Assembly (NCBI RefSeq): GCF_009914755.1
Contig: NC_060937.1
Source of the DNA: the human T2T-CHM13v2.0 reference genome, Homo sapiens
Strand: one strand, 5' to 3'
DNA: 64,000 nt
In this document: piece after piece, positions 1 through 16,720 of the stretch
How the letters are laid out: the number at the start of each line of letters is the position of its first letter
How positions within the stretch are numbered: position 1 is the first letter of the stretch
Program-made: the position numbers and the translations under genes
Notes under the pieces: generated by a model
What the model was told of the DNA's origin: nothing
What the model saw: only the letters and a program-made list of their open reading frames with translations
The model's database searches: none

Positions 1-369
1 CTCATGGCTAACACCTCTCCTCTCTATGCAGTGATTTTTCTCTGTATGCATCTGTTTCTGCTGCTCGCCAGCCTTCTCCCTCTCCTGATTCCTTTTCTAT
101 CTCTCTTATTCAGAGAACTTTCTTCTTTCCTTGTATTGCTCAAATTGAACAGATCCTTTAAGGTCCACCTCAAATCACACCTGTTCCAAAGCACACTTTC
201 TAATCTCCAACTCATAGGACTATCCTTTCTCTGAACTCTCGCAGTTATAGTCACACTGTAATTTAACACTTAATCATTCTCTAATTCTTTTATAGTATTT
301 GTGAAATATGTTATTGGAATTTATACTCTACAGGGCACTTTCATGTTTGTAGTCTCATGTGATTCTGTC

Positions 370-510
370 AGTGAGGTAGAAATTATTATAATTTTTATTT
401 ATGCACAAGAAAATGGAGGCTCAGTGAGGTCAAATGACTTACCACTGGTTATAAAACTCGTAACTCAGTGTACAGATGCAGTTTTCTGACTCTAAGACTT
501 GTAGTTCATC
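370..510. mobile_element. MIR SINE fragment
   Basis: MIR core-like gaaaatggaggctcagtgaggtcaaatgactt. Confidence 0.6.
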
Positions 511-1176
511 TACTCATTGCTTACTCCATTTTATGAATCTTTATACAAGTTTTCTTTTTTCTTATAATAATTTAGGTTATCTTGTGTTTTATGAATCTCT
601 ACAGGTAGGATTAAATTCTTTTTTGGTGTGTGTGCATTAGGGGGAAACGAATGCAGTTAATTTCTATGAGGGAGTTTAGAGGTTTATTCCAATTGTATTT
701 CTTCATGCTAAATCATAAACTAGGGAATTCTGTAATAAATTGTAGTCTATTGAACACATGGAGAAATAGAAATAGTGACTTAATTTCTGCATTCTATCTA
801 CTAGATTAGACAATTTCTCTTTATTTTTTTCTCAAGTTAAAATTGTCAATCAGAAGCTCTTGGCAAAGACAACACATTTATTCAACAAAGTAAGATATCA
901 ATTTTGTTTTGTTGCAATTGCAGTGTGTATATCTAAGTTCCCCAGTACCTGATCTCAGGATATTTTGGCCTCCCACTCAGAAGATGAACTCAGAAGGTGT
1001 AGCCATTAGGTGGGGGTGAGGGAGCGTGGAATAATTTAACAGTGGAAACCCACCAATCACACCTGACCCCAATCCGTCCAGACATAGTGCAAAGAAACCA
1101 CTTACAAATTCTTTTAGAGTGATACCAAATCAGAAACATTTAATGTGCACTGAAAAAGCCAAGTTAAGAATCAAGT

Positions 1177-1423
1177 TCAGACGTTAGAGGTGAGATATCT
1201 ACAACTAGAGCCAAGTTAGAAAAGGGTTAGCCCTTTATGTGGCCAAATTAAACAAGACACAATTGAGGCTAACTCATCCCTCTAGGCACTTATAAAACCT
1301 ACACGTGGGAACTTTTGAAAATGAAGTTAGCACCGATTGTGTCTTATTTTGCTTGGCTGTTTAATGGGCTAACCCTTTAGGAATTTGGCTCTGACTGGAG
1401 ATATCACACTTTTATGTGTCTGA
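1177..1423. repeat. Imperfect inverted repeat, ~100-bp arms, 43-nt spacer
   Basis: Arms 1177-1277 and 1321-1423 share blocks tcagac, gatatct, agagccaa, aaagggttagccc, gccaa, aagacacaat, gctaact in reverse complement. Confidence 0.9.
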
Positions 1424-4319
1424 CCTCCTCCTTCAACTTTCCTTTTTTTGGTGTATATATAGAATTTAAAATATCAGATACGGTATTACATTATTAAGCT
1501 TAATAACAGTAAAAGATAAAAACAAAATATTAAAAAGAACAGAATGTGCTTAAATAACAATGTAATTAGACTACCGGGGACATACTGCCTTCTTTGTGGT
1601 CTACTCACATTTAGGAGTTGAGTTGGATAGTACTGGTTAAGATCACCAATGAAGCTATTTGGGAGAATTCCCAAACCAAGCCTGTTCACTCACTCCCATT
1701 ACATGCATAGGCAAACATGCTTAAAAGGGGACCGCAGGGTACGTGGGCATAACAAGGCATGAGTTAAGAGGTAAACAGCAGACAGATAATGTACTTTAGT
1801 CCAAAGATAGCTCCTGTCCAACTGCCTCAGTGTTTTAAGCTAATAGATTGTGTGTCATTACTGAAGGGCTGGCAGCTCCTGGGGCTACAGGCACAGGTGG
1901 GAAAGAGGATGTTGAGAACATAATAAAGAATTGCTTTCAAGGGTGTTTTCCTACTAAGATGTTCTGTGCTGTATCTGTCAGCAAACTTCCACTGCTTTGA
2001 GGCTGTAAATTTAAACACCTACTCGTCAATGCAGTGTTGGCTGCATAGATTATCCAAGAAACATTTCATGGCATTTGATTAACTTGTAAATCTTTATTGC
2101 AATGCAATAATGAAAGCATCTCTACTGAAATCTCCTGTATACCCAATTTTGGGCCACTATCCCAAGTGGCCTCTTTCTGTGACACATATATATAGAAAAT
2201 TATACTTTATTTTTGGTCCAATAACCAAGTAATTATACTTGACTGTTCCTTTAACAAGGCCTTCAGTTGAAAAGCACATAAAGCTTAATAAGTAAGATGT
2301 ATATTTATCCTTATATTTTCTGGACTTAGGTCCTACAAATTGGTGTTCTTTTTTTTAAACGTTTATGTTTTCCAGCATTGGTGTGCCTATGTGGGAAATA
2401 GCCTCAACTGTGTATCATGATCTGATTTAAGGTTTTATTCTTAATTCATAAGGTTGATTATAACACAAAATTGATGAAAGGATGCTTCCTGCTATCAAAC
2501 ATTAGGCAAGATTCTGTGCACTGAGCTCAGGAAAGGGCATTGTAAATATTTACATCTTAATTTTTACTCGGTCCTTTTCTTATTGTTGTGCAGCCAAGGG
2601 GAATTCTCTTAAAAATTTGTTGGCATTTTTTATTTGGCAGTTTCATACTGAGGTAAATGTTGGCAAATGAACAAACAGCTTCTGTTCCAGCTTCTCTATG
2701 GTTCCATTCCAGGTCAGTCCCAGGATCTTGGCATGATTTGAGAAGTTCCTGCTGCCGTCCACCATTTCTGGCCAAGGAGACCTCTGGGAAGCCAAGCTCA
2801 GGAATGTAGCCATTCCACCGAACCATTTCCATGGAATGACTCATTTGGAAATCTGTTTTTCCTCTGTGAGATTTCCTGGATCTATCAATTACTGAAATTC
2901 CTAAGCAAAAGATACCCTTTCAGGACTTGACCATTGTTTTTTGTTTGTATGTGTATGTTTTTTTTTTCTTAGAAAACTGAGGATGGCTTTACTAAACATC
3001 TGTTGCCTGAGTCTATATTCTTCAGGACTCACTTCTGAAAATCTAAGATTCCTTTAAAGTGGTTCGTACTGTTAAATGACTGAATCTTCACTTTTCTATT
3101 TCTGCAAACCTCATACAAATTATTTTCAAAATAGACAACTAAAAATTGTAGTATCTTGTACGTGATGTTTTAGATTATGCATACATTGTGGAAAGGCTCA
3201 ATAGAGCTAATCAACAGATCCATTACCTCAGATACTTATCCCTTTTTTTATGGTGAGAACACTTAAAATCTATTCTCTTAGCATTTTTCGAAGTATAGTA
3301 CTGTTATTAACTATGGTCACTACATTGTACAATTGATTAGGAATATATTCTGCCTCTCGAACTGGAATTTTGTATCCTTTGACCAACCTCTCCCCAAACC
3401 CCCATGTATCCAGCTCCTGTTAATCACTATTCTACTCTCTACTTGGATTAGTTCGATTTTTTAGATTCCACATATATGTGAGATTATGTGGTATCTGTCT
3501 TTCTGTGCCTGGTTTATTTCACTTGATAGAATTTCCTTCTTGTTTAAGGCTGAATAGTATTCCTTTGCATATATTTAGCATATTTTCTTTATCCATTGAT
3601 CCATTGATGAACACTTAGGTTGATTTGGTATCTTGGCTATTTGCCAATAATGCTGCGGTAAACATGGGAGTGTAAATATCACTCTGACATACTGATTTCG
3701 TTTTCTTTGGATATACACCCGGTATTGGGATTGCCAGATCCAATGGTAGTTCTATTTTTAATATTTTTGAGAAACCTCCATACTGCTTTCTATAATGACT
3801 ACACTAATTTACTCCCACCAACAACGTGAAAGGGTTTCCTTTCCTCCATATACTCACCAGCAATTATCTTTCATCTAGTTGATAATATCCATTCCAATAG
3901 GTGTGAAATGATATCTGATTATAGTTTCAATTTACATTTTCCTGATGATGAGTGATGTTGAGCATTTTGGTTTATACTTACTAGCCATTTGTATTTATTC
4001 TTTTGAGAAATGTCTAATCAGGTCCTTTAGCTATGTTTTAATTGGGTTATTTGTTTTCTTGCTACTGAATTGAATTCCTTGTATGTCTTGAATATTAAAT
4101 GATTATCAGATGTATGAGTTTGCAAATATTTTCTCCCATCCCGTAGGTTGTCTCTTCACTCTGTTGATTGTTTCCTTGGCTTGCATGAGCTTTTGAATTT
4201 GGTGTAATCTTATTTGTCTATTTTTGCTTTATTTGCTTTTGCTTTTGAGGTCATATCCAAAAAAAATCATTGCTCGGATCAATGTTATGGAACTTTTCTC
4301 TTACGTGTTCTGGTAGTTT

Positions 4320-5230
4320 TTTTTTCTTTTTCCAATAATTTTATGAAGTTCAGGGGTACATGTGCAGGTTTGTTACATAGGTAAACATGTGTCATGGAAG
4401 TTTTGTACAGATTATTTCATCGCTCAGGTATTAAGACTAGTAGCGGTAGTTACTTTCCCCACCCTCTGACAGTGTGTGTTGTTCCCCTCTATCTGTCCAT
4501 GTGTTCTCGTCATTTAGCTTTCACTTATAAGTGAGAACATGCAGTGTTTGATTTTCTGTTCCTACCCTAGTTTGCTAAGGATGATGGCCTCCAGCTGCAT
4601 CCATGTCCCTGCAAAGGACATAACATTGTTCCTTTCTTTTTTTTTTTTTTAATTATGCTTTAAATTCTGAGATACATGTGCAGAACATGAAGGTTTGTTA
4701 CATAGGTATATATATGCCATGGTAGTTTGCTGCACCCATCAACACATCATCTACATTAGGTATTTCTCCTAATGCTATCCCTCCCCTAGCCCCCAAACCC
4801 CTGACAGGCCCCAGTGTGTGATGTTCCCCTCCCTGTGTCCATGTGTTCTCATTGTTCAACTCCCACTTATTAGTGAGAACATGCGGTGTTTGGTTTTCTG
4901 TTCCTATGTTAGTTTGCTAAGTATGATGATTTCCAGCTTCATCCATGTCCCTGCGAAGGACATGAACTCGTCCTTTTTTACGGCTGCATAGTATTCCATG
5001 GTGTATATATGCCACATTTTCTTTATCCAGTCTATCATTGATGGGCATTTGGGTTGGTTCCAAGTCTTTGCTATTGTGAACAGTGCTGCAATAAACATAC
5101 GTGTGCATGTGTCTTTATAGTAGGATGATTTATAATCCTTTGGATATATACCCAGTAATGGGATTGCTGGGTCAAATGACATTTCTGGTTCTAGATCCTT
5201 GAGGATTCACCACACTGTCCTCCACAATGG
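4320..5230 (-). mobile_element. Two stacked L1PA 3' fragments (older L1PA13-16-like 4320-4635; L1PA7/8-like 4636-5230) inserted in the L1MA
   Basis: Two poly-T heads, each followed by an L1PA 3'UTR; ORF 4904..5182 is the L1 ORF2 C-terminus ([25 protein letters not shown]). Confidence 0.85.
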
Positions 5231-6079
5231 CTTCACATTTAAGTCTTTAAGCCATTTTGAGTTGGTTTTTGCATATAGTGTGAGATAAGGGTCTAATTTC
5301 ATGCTTCTTCATGTGGATATCCAGTTGTTTCAGTGACATTTATTGAAGAGACTGTCCTTTTTCCATTGTGTGTTTTTGGCACCTTGTTAAAAATCAATTG
5401 ACTGTAAATGCATGGTTTTTTCTTGAGTCCTTTCTTCTGTTCTGTTGGTCTATGTATCTGTTTTATGCCAATACTATGTTGTTTTGATTACTGTAGCTTT
5501 GAAGTTTATTTTGAATTCAGGTAATGTAAAATCTCCAGTTTTGTTCTTTTTGCTCAAAATTGCTTTGGCTATTTGGGGTCTTTTCTAGTTCCGTATGAAT
5601 TTTAGAATTGTTTTCTCTAGTTATGTGACAAATGCCATTGGAATTTTGATAGGGATTATATTGAATCTGTAGATCACTTTGGGTATTATGGACATTTTAA
5701 CAATATTAATTATTCCAATCCATGAACACAGGATATCTTTTCATTTATTTTTGCCTTTCTGTATTTCTTTCCTCAATGTTTTATAGTTTTCAGTGTATAG
5801 GTCTTTTGCCTCCTTCGTTAAGTTTATTTCTAATCATTTTATTTTATTTTTTGGTAGCTATTGTGACTGGAATTGTTTTCTTGATTTCTTTTTCGGATAG
5901 TTTATTGTTAGTGTATAGAAATGCTACTGTTTTTGTATGTTAATTACGTATCCTGCAACTTTACTGAATTATTGGTTCTAATAGTTTTTGGGTGGAGTCT
6001 TTAAAGTTTTCTATATATGAGATCATGATGTCTGCAAACAGAAACAAATTAACTTCTTCCTTTTCAATTTGGGTGATCT

Positions 6080-6237
6080 TTTCTTTTCTCCTTCCTTCCT
6101 TCCTTCCTTGCTTCCTTTTTCTTTCTTTTCTTTTCTCTTTTCTTTCTTTCTTTCTCTTTCTTTCTTTCTTCCTTTTTTCTTTCTTTCATCCTCTCTCTTT
6201 CTCTCTCTCTTTCTTTTTCTCTTCCTGTCTTTCTTTG
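6080..6237. repeat. (CTTT/CT)n polypyrimidine microsatellite
   Basis: ~158 bp of almost pure C/T. Confidence 0.95.
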
Positions 6238-8336
6238 TGATTAGGTGATTTTCTCTAGTTAAATACTTTGATTCCTTATTTTTTATCTTGTGTATGTACG
6301 ATAGGTTTTTGCTTTGTGTTTACCATGGGGCTTACATAAAACATCTTATAATAGGCCATTTTAAGCTGATAGCAACTTAAATTTGGTCACATTGAAAAAC
6401 TCAACATTTTTATTCTGTCTTCCCCATTTTATCTTTTGCAGGTCACAATCTATTTCTTTTCACATTGTGTATCCTTTAACAAATTATCATACTATTATTG
6501 TTTTTAACAATTTGGTCTTTTTGCCTTTATACCAAAGATATAAGTGATTTACACACTACTATTATGGTATTACAATATTCTGATTTTGACTGTGTACTTA
6601 CTTTTACCAGTGTATTTTATATGTTTATACATTTTCATATTACTAATTAATTTCTTTCTCTTTTGATTTGAAAAACTCTTTTTAGCATTTCCTGTAAGAC
6701 AGGTCTGGTGGTGGTAAACTCCCTAAGCTTTTGTTTTTTGGGAAAGTCATCATCTCTTCTTCATTTCTGAAGGATAAGTTTTCTAGATACAGTAATCTTG
6801 GTTAGTAGTTTTTTTTTTTTTCCCTTCAGCACCTCAGATATATCATCTGACTCGCTCTTGGCCTGCAAAGCTTTTGCTTAAAAATCTGCTGCTAGCCTTA
6901 TTAAAACTCCCTTATATAAGATTTGCTTCTTTTCTCTTTCTGCTTTTAAGATATTCTCATTGTCTTTGATTTTGGACAGTTTGATTATAATATGTATTGA
7001 TGTAGCCTTGCTTGGATTGAATCTGAATGGACACTTTTAATCTCCTATATATTTATATTTGGAAAGTTATCTGCTTTTATTTTGTAAAAATAAGCTTTCT
7101 ATTACTTGTCCTCTTTCCTCTCCTTCTTAAACTCCTATAACTAAAACATTTGCTCTTTTGATACTACCCCATAAATCCCATAATTTTTCTTATTCCTTTT
7201 TATTTTTTCTCCTCTGACTATATATTTTTAAATAAGCTGTCTACAAGTTGACAGATTTTATTTTCTGCTTGATCAATTCTGCTGTTGATGGCCTCTACTA
7301 CATTTCTCATTTCATTTATTATAATTTTCAGGTCTAGAATTTGTTTTTTTAAAATCATTTTAATCTCTCCATTAAATTTCTAATTTTGGTCATTTATTGT
7401 TTTCCTGATTTGATTGAATTGTTTGTATTTTTTTGAAGTTCACTTATCTTTCTTAAAACTATTATTTTGAATTCTTTATTAGGCAGTTCATATATCTTCA
7501 TTTTTGGGGGGGGTCATTTACTGGGAGATTATTGTGTTCTTTTGCTGGTATTACATATCCTTGGTCTTTCATGTTTCTTGTTGCCTTACATTGATGTCTG
7601 TGCATTTGAAGAAAGAGAGAGGCATCCTAGTCTTTGCAGACTGACTTTATTTGGGAAACTCCTTTGACAGTCAGCCTACTCAAAGATTTTGGGCAGGCTA
7701 TTTGGCATGATCCATGGACGGGCTTGCTGCTGGAGTTCTCTGGAAGTTCGCCTTGGTGCTGGGCCCATGAGGTTGAGCCTGAGGCTTGGATCCACTGGAC
7801 CCACCTGTTGGTTGGGTCCACAGAGAGGATATGCTTGCAGCCTGTATCTGTGAAGCCAGGGTCCATAGAGGCTGTTCTGGTGGTTTGGGTTCTGAGCCTG
7901 AGTCTGCAAGGACTGGCCAGGTGCCAGGATTGGCTTGGTACCTGGGTCCACTGAGGTGGGCCTGGCACCTGAGTCCATAGGAATGGTCCTGGGTCCTGGA
8001 TCTACTGAGGGGTACCTGGATTCTCAGTCCATGGGAACTGGTCTGTCTACCAAGGCCTCCCAGGCTCCAGCTGGGTCTGTTGAAGCATGGGGCTATAGGG
8101 GCCGACGTGGTGGGTGAGACTGCAGGGACCCATCTGGCACTAAGCAAGCCCAGAGCTTGTGTCCACAGGTGTCCACAGGGCATGAGGCCAGGGGTGCCAG
8201 CCTGGAGAGGGTTCAAATCCTAGGACTCTGTGGGCCAACCTAGTTCTGGGCTGTTCTAAAATCTTGGGCAGGCCTGGAGTTTGGAGCCACAGGGACTTGC
8301 ATGTTGCTAGGTGTGCCTGGTGCCTTTACCCACAGG

Positions 8337-9832
<1,496 letters not shown>

Positions 9833-12368
9833 TTGCAGAGGTCAGCCTGGAGGATGGGTCCAAGGGTGCTGGCTGGATGACTAGGGCTACAGGAACTGGC
9901 CTGGTGCTTGGGTGGACCTGAAACCTGGGCCTGTGGAGCCCAACCCTGTGACACCTAGTCTATCAGACTGGCCTGGAACCTGGGGTTGCAAGATCCTATT
10001 TGTGGCCGGTGCAGACTTATAGGCTCAGTCCACGGTTACTGGCCTGGAGCCTATGGCCACAGGGGCTGGTCTGGTGCTGAGAAAATCTGGTGCCTGTATC
10101 TCAACTGATGGGTCCCTGGCCTGCAGGTGCTGGTTTGATGGCGTGGGCTCTGAGTGCCAGCCTTGTGCTGGGCCATGCCTGAAGCCTGGTGCTGTGGGGG
10201 TCAGCCTGGTGCTGGGGGTGGTCTAGAGACTGGGTTGGCTGGGGTTGGCTTAGTGGTGGGGCAGTTCAGAGACTGTGTATACATTGCAGGCCTGGAGCTT
10301 GGGCCTATGGGATCCAGTCTGGTGCCTGGGTAGGCCTGGAAGTTTAGCCTGTGGGTATTGAGCCAGAGTCTGTGTCCATCTGCACCTACTCAGTGTTGGG
10401 TTTTACTGGAGTGGGCTGGGTATTGGGGTTCAAGGCAAAGTCCTATGCTCTCCTTCCTTTCCTTCTCCTAAGCAGAAGTTATCTCCTCTCCAGCCTGTGC
10501 TGCCTGGACATGGGGGAGAGGTGACATGGATAATGTGAGACTGTCCTTCTGACCCTCTTCAAGGTGCCTTTTCTCATTTCTGTGCCACACCCAGGTGCTG
10601 TAATCTCTTACTTGGTTTCCTTGCCTCTTGTAAGGTATTTTCATGCATGGATAGTTGTTCAAATCAGTGTTTCTGTGGGAGGCATGAGTGCTGGAAAATT
10701 CAATTCCACCATCTTGCCAACATTTTTTCACATAATTTTTCTTAATATTGCTAATGGTCTTTATAACTTTGTAATTGATTTATTTTCCTGTTCGGAGTGT
10801 TAAAATGTACAGTGATAGAAAATGATGGTAGATTGGAAAGACTTCATCTAAAGATGTGAGAAATTAAACGGAATTTTATGCATTCACCAGATATTAATTA
10901 TATAGCTGCTCTGTGCAAGGTGCATAATAAATGAATATTTACCAAGGACATTTATATTTTAGAATGATCTAGATATTGTATGACATTGATTGGAATGTCG
11001 TTTATTTGAGTGGACAACATTACTCGAGCCATGCTAAAAGGATTTCCTGGGAGAAATGAATCTATTGCTTGAGTTTGAGAAAAGCAGTCTTGATTTAGTG
11101 GAGATATAGTGGAAAGAACCTTTTCTAAGGATGGGAAGAATGGCAACAAAATAGAGAAATGAAAGTTGTAAAAGGGCTAAATGAAGCATGCACTTACAGC
11201 TTAGAAGCTTTGCCCTAATTGACTTTACATAAGACAATATATTTAATGTTGTGAAAAATGGGGTTAATGAAATAATGATGTTAGGGAGGCACTGTACTGA
11301 AAAGCTTTAAAGACCATAGCTAGGAAGTCAACAAGACAATAGTTGAGAGACTGATTTTTACACTCTTTTCTTTATGTTTAGACCAATCTTCTGGAGTGGC
11401 AATGTTTTCCGCTTTGAGTTGTTAATTAGATCATCTTAATTAAGGATCAAAAATGTGAAGGACAATATATAGTATTCTTAAGAAAAGCAACTCATCTACT
11501 CTCAGTGCCCAGTGAAGTGCCTGGAATGTGATATTTGCTCAATAAGCAAGGAATGTTCAGATGAATGACAGGTCCCTAGCAAGTTCAACTCTTCACTTTC
11601 CTGAGCATTTATTGCACCTACTCATTGTTGATCATAAATTCCTCTTTAACTGAATAATCACTGCTCCTTATATGTTGAAATCTCACCCTTGACCAATTCA
11701 CAGAAACTCAGAAACTTTCCAAAATAGGAATAGTCCATCTGAACGGTGGTAAACAAGATACTAAAGTTTGCATAATGGAAAACAAATGATGCATAAAAGC
11801 TGTGTGCAATGACTTAGAAAGAAAAAAAAAACGACAATTTTTAACCTACATCTGCTTCTTTAACTATTTTGGCATGTGAGAATCAGAGTCATGCAGGCAT
11901 ACAAATATTAGCACATCAGAAGACTGCCACATGTCTGCTCAGATGCCTTTTTGGTATACCTCTATGCTGCAGAATAGACTCAAAATAGCAAAAAGCAAGT
12001 CAATGTTGTCATATTTGAAATGACTGAAGGTAGTTTTGAACTTTCTCACTGAAGCAACTGTCATGGGGTTAAAGACTTCTACCAAGGCTGCAATGAACCA
12101 TAAAATCATCCCCACATCTGACATATGGTTCATAACTGAGGTTGAACACCCATCAAAGATCACAAAGTGATATTTGACAGCAAATACTTTTGTGATATCA
12201 TTTGTTTGGATTTTTAAGAGTGAACATATATATTATTAATATTCCCTTTCCTTTGTGTTTATTGCCTTCCCATACATTTTTTAGGAGTTTGAAAGAAAAA
12301 CTTCAGAAAAATACAACGATAAGTGTCAATAAATTTTCTGAAGAGAGTTTAAAGACATAGTTAAAAAA

Positions 12369-12959
<591 letters not shown>

Positions 12960-13192
12960 TAAAAGGAGACTGCTGACACCACCACAACCACATCAACAAT
13001 ACTGACAATAGCAGAGAACAACCACGTTTTATAGATGCAGCAAGTGAGGCTGGTGAAGGGTAAATAGCAAAACCAAGGTTACATCACTATGGCTAGGAAA
13101 TGGCAAAGCTATGATTTGATTCCAGGATTTTCCAACTCTCTAGACTACTGTTGAGTTCCCAATTATCTCTTATTACATATATAGTTGTATAT

Positions 13193-13531
13193 CTACTATT
13201 CATGAGGTGTCTATGGGAGATTGGTTCCAGGACCCTCCACAGATACCAAAATCCAAGGATACTAAAGTCCCTTGTATAAAATGGTGTAGTATTTGCAAAT
13301 AACCTATGTATATCCTCCTGTATACTTTAAATCACCTCTAGATTACTGAAAACACCTACTACAAAGCCTACACATGACTTCATTTGTGTGGATTCAAAGT
13401 GGTACTTGGCATGGAGCAAATTCAAGTTTTGCTTTTTGGAACTTTGTAGAATGTTTTTTTTTCCAAATATTTTCAATCCACGGTTGGTTGAATCTACAGA
13501 CATGGAACCCACTGATATGGAGAGCAGACTG
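13193..13531. mobile_element. MER2 (Tigger-type) DNA transposon
   Basis: gattggttccaggaccc...ataccaaaatcc...ggttggttgaatc...catggaacccactgatatggagagcagactg. Confidence 0.8.
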
Positions 13532-13595
13532 CCTATGATGGTGCTAGTCTTGGTGGTTGAGTCATACAATATAAGACAAATCCCTGCTCTTTTGA

Positions 13596-14029
<434 letters not shown>

Positions 14030-15499
14030 CTACACAGGAAAGTGGAGGAGAGAGTTAAAAGAATAGGTAGTCATTTTTATCAGAGAGATGTATGTTTTGG
14101 TCCAAATCAGTTGTTTTCTGTAATGTAAAACATGCTATTATTTACCAGGACATGCAAATCTACTTGAGGAGGGAAGACATAGCATTTGCATGAATGTTGC
14201 AGCTCTGTATAATTTCAGAAGATATTGATGTGATCAGGGAGGGCTACACAGAAAAGGTGGGGCTTGAGTGGGACCTTGAAAGATGAGTGAGATCTGGATG
14301 GGAAGAGGAAAATGTTCCGGGCCACTGCAATTGTTCACATAAAAGCATGGAGTTGAGTGTGCATGAGGAGTGACTGTAACATATTGAGTGAATTGGCCTT
14401 TTTAGAAAATAGGTTTTCTGGGGAAGTGGTACAAGATAAGACTAGAAACTTATAATAACCAACAGAGAACACCTGGCAGGAAGAGAGAAGCTGACTGAAG
14501 GGGAAAAAGAAGATACACGATTCATCTCTCAAAATTGCCTTGGGTTGGTTCTGTTTATATATTAATGTTTTTGCCTGGGATCTTTCCTCAAAAACTCTTA
14601 TTTTACCATTAAGCACCAAAACCAAATGAATACTGAAATAATTATCTGAAAAAAGAGGAAGTAAAAGTTGGGAAATTATTTCCATAACAGTAGGGTATTT
14701 CCTTAGGTGAAAAAATTTGAGTTATATCTTTTATTATTTTTAATAGTTTACTAAAAGTAAAGTCCTTGGAGGGTAAAAAAATAAACTCTTATCTTCAGTC
14801 ATTCTTCTTATGTTTGAAACTTATCTGATAAGAGTATTTTCAACTTTTGAGTTGCAGGAACAAACATTCTTAATAAAATTATATGGTACTTTCTTTGATA
14901 TCTGATTTCTAGCTCTGTTTATTGTCTTTCTTTTGGCATTAATATTACTATTACTGTGCTTTTAAAAACAGGTCATTCAGATTTGTTACTTTTAAGTACA
15001 TAGAAAACCTTCGAATGAAATGTTTTTCTAGACATTTCTTTTATAAGAACAGGAACAAGTGTATATGCTTTTTCTCATTTTAACTGACTACTAATATGCA
15101 GTATTAGCAAGTCAATTTTGGGCATTTCAGGAAACAATAAAAAAAGTAAGATATTCTTATCCTGATATTTTCCTTTTTTTTTCTATTTCGTGGTTATAAA
15201 TGAAAAACATTTAGGGAGTTCTACTTATAAAGGTCCTCTTGAGTTATATACTCTTTGTTAATAAATTGATGTAGAACGTGTTTTCTCTCCTTTCAGGAAC
15301 CCGTTATGTGTAGATTTTGTTCTGCTTTAAAGTTAGTTTCCCTTTTTATTCTTCATAGGAAGTATACAAAGGCAAAATGAAGTACGTAGACATTAAAGAA
15401 ATACCCAGTCCTTTAAATCACTGGAGTCAGTCAAGCAAAGACCTTAAGACACAGTCTCAGGCCTCCCAGATTATGTAAATCTCTCTGAGGGAAAAAGAC

Positions 15500-16720
15500 T
15501 TATGTGCAAGAAGTTGTGAAGTGACATTGCAGATAGAATGTCAAAATTTATTACTATTATGTAGACAATATTAGAAGAATTCAGAGAAGATGAGAGGCCA
15601 ATGAGCAGCACAAGTCATTCTTGACATCTATTCACAGAGGTAATAGGGCAAATTTTACATATATGAAAAGCGTGAGAGGTGCTCTTCAGAGCTAGAGAAA
15701 CTTGAGTCTGGACTGATGCGCGTAAACTACCTGGGACAGTGGGGGTCATTTAGACATGGTGGACAAAAGTTGGAGTCAGGTTATGAGCAGATTTGAAGTC
15801 TAGGTTGAAATGTATGGGGGCAGACATCCCCTGTGATAAATTCAGTATCTAAGGCATGTTATATGGTACAACATTTATCCATTAAATAATTCTTTCATTT
15901 ATTCATTGAACAAATAGTACTTGACCCCTAATATTCACTGAACATGTAGTCAAGTGTGGGGTGTATAAGGCTTTAGAGAAAGGAGAGACTGGAATAAGAG
16001 AAACCAAGATGCTGATGTAGTTGTCCAGATACGAGAAAATGATAACTATTACTAGAATAAAGTAATGAAAACAAAGAGGAAGGACTGGATTTAGGAGACT
16101 TTTTGAACTAGGATTAGACCAATCATTTTAACTGGTTGGCTATCGGGCATAAAGGAAAGGAAAGAGTAGAAGACAGCTTCAGATTTTCAGTGGGCTGACT
16201 GAGAGAATCCTATTGATAGAAAGAATGGAATTAAGTAAGTGGATCCAATTTTAGTGTGAAGAGGACAGGTATCACCTTAAAATAGTAGGGTCTTGTATGC
16301 AATTAGAGATATAGGACTGAAGCTTAAATTAAAGATCAGGATTGGAAATAGATATTCGAGTCATGAACAGTATAAAGTTAAGGCCAATACATCTAATTTA
16401 ATAAGGCAAATTACTTATTTTCTATGCTTGATATCACAGAGGCAAGAAATAAATATCACACATGTTCACAACTGCTAGGAGAGATCACAGAAAGATGAAG
16501 AGAAGACTTACAAGGGGCAGAAAAATGGGAGGAAAATGGGAGCAGCCAAGTGTCACATGTGTTGAGGTTTTCAATATTAATTTTGATAGACTTCTTATTA
16601 ACAAATACTGTTGATTGTCTACTATGAGCTGGGTACTATTTTAGTCAGTACATTTATAAGACTGAGTATAAAAGTCCCTGGCTTTATGGAGGCCACCTGT
16701 CGGTGGGGTGAGTGCAAGAG
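15500..16720. mobile_element. Degenerate L2 fragments
   Basis: Purine-rich L2-like text and ttcatttattcattgaacaaatagtacttg 3'-end motif at ~15895; boundaries approximate. Confidence 0.5.

Noticed and set aside
7627-8216. Cluster of overlapping 100-172 aa ORFs
   Set aside because: GC-rich repetitive L1 5' region that is low in stop codons; no protein family resemblance.
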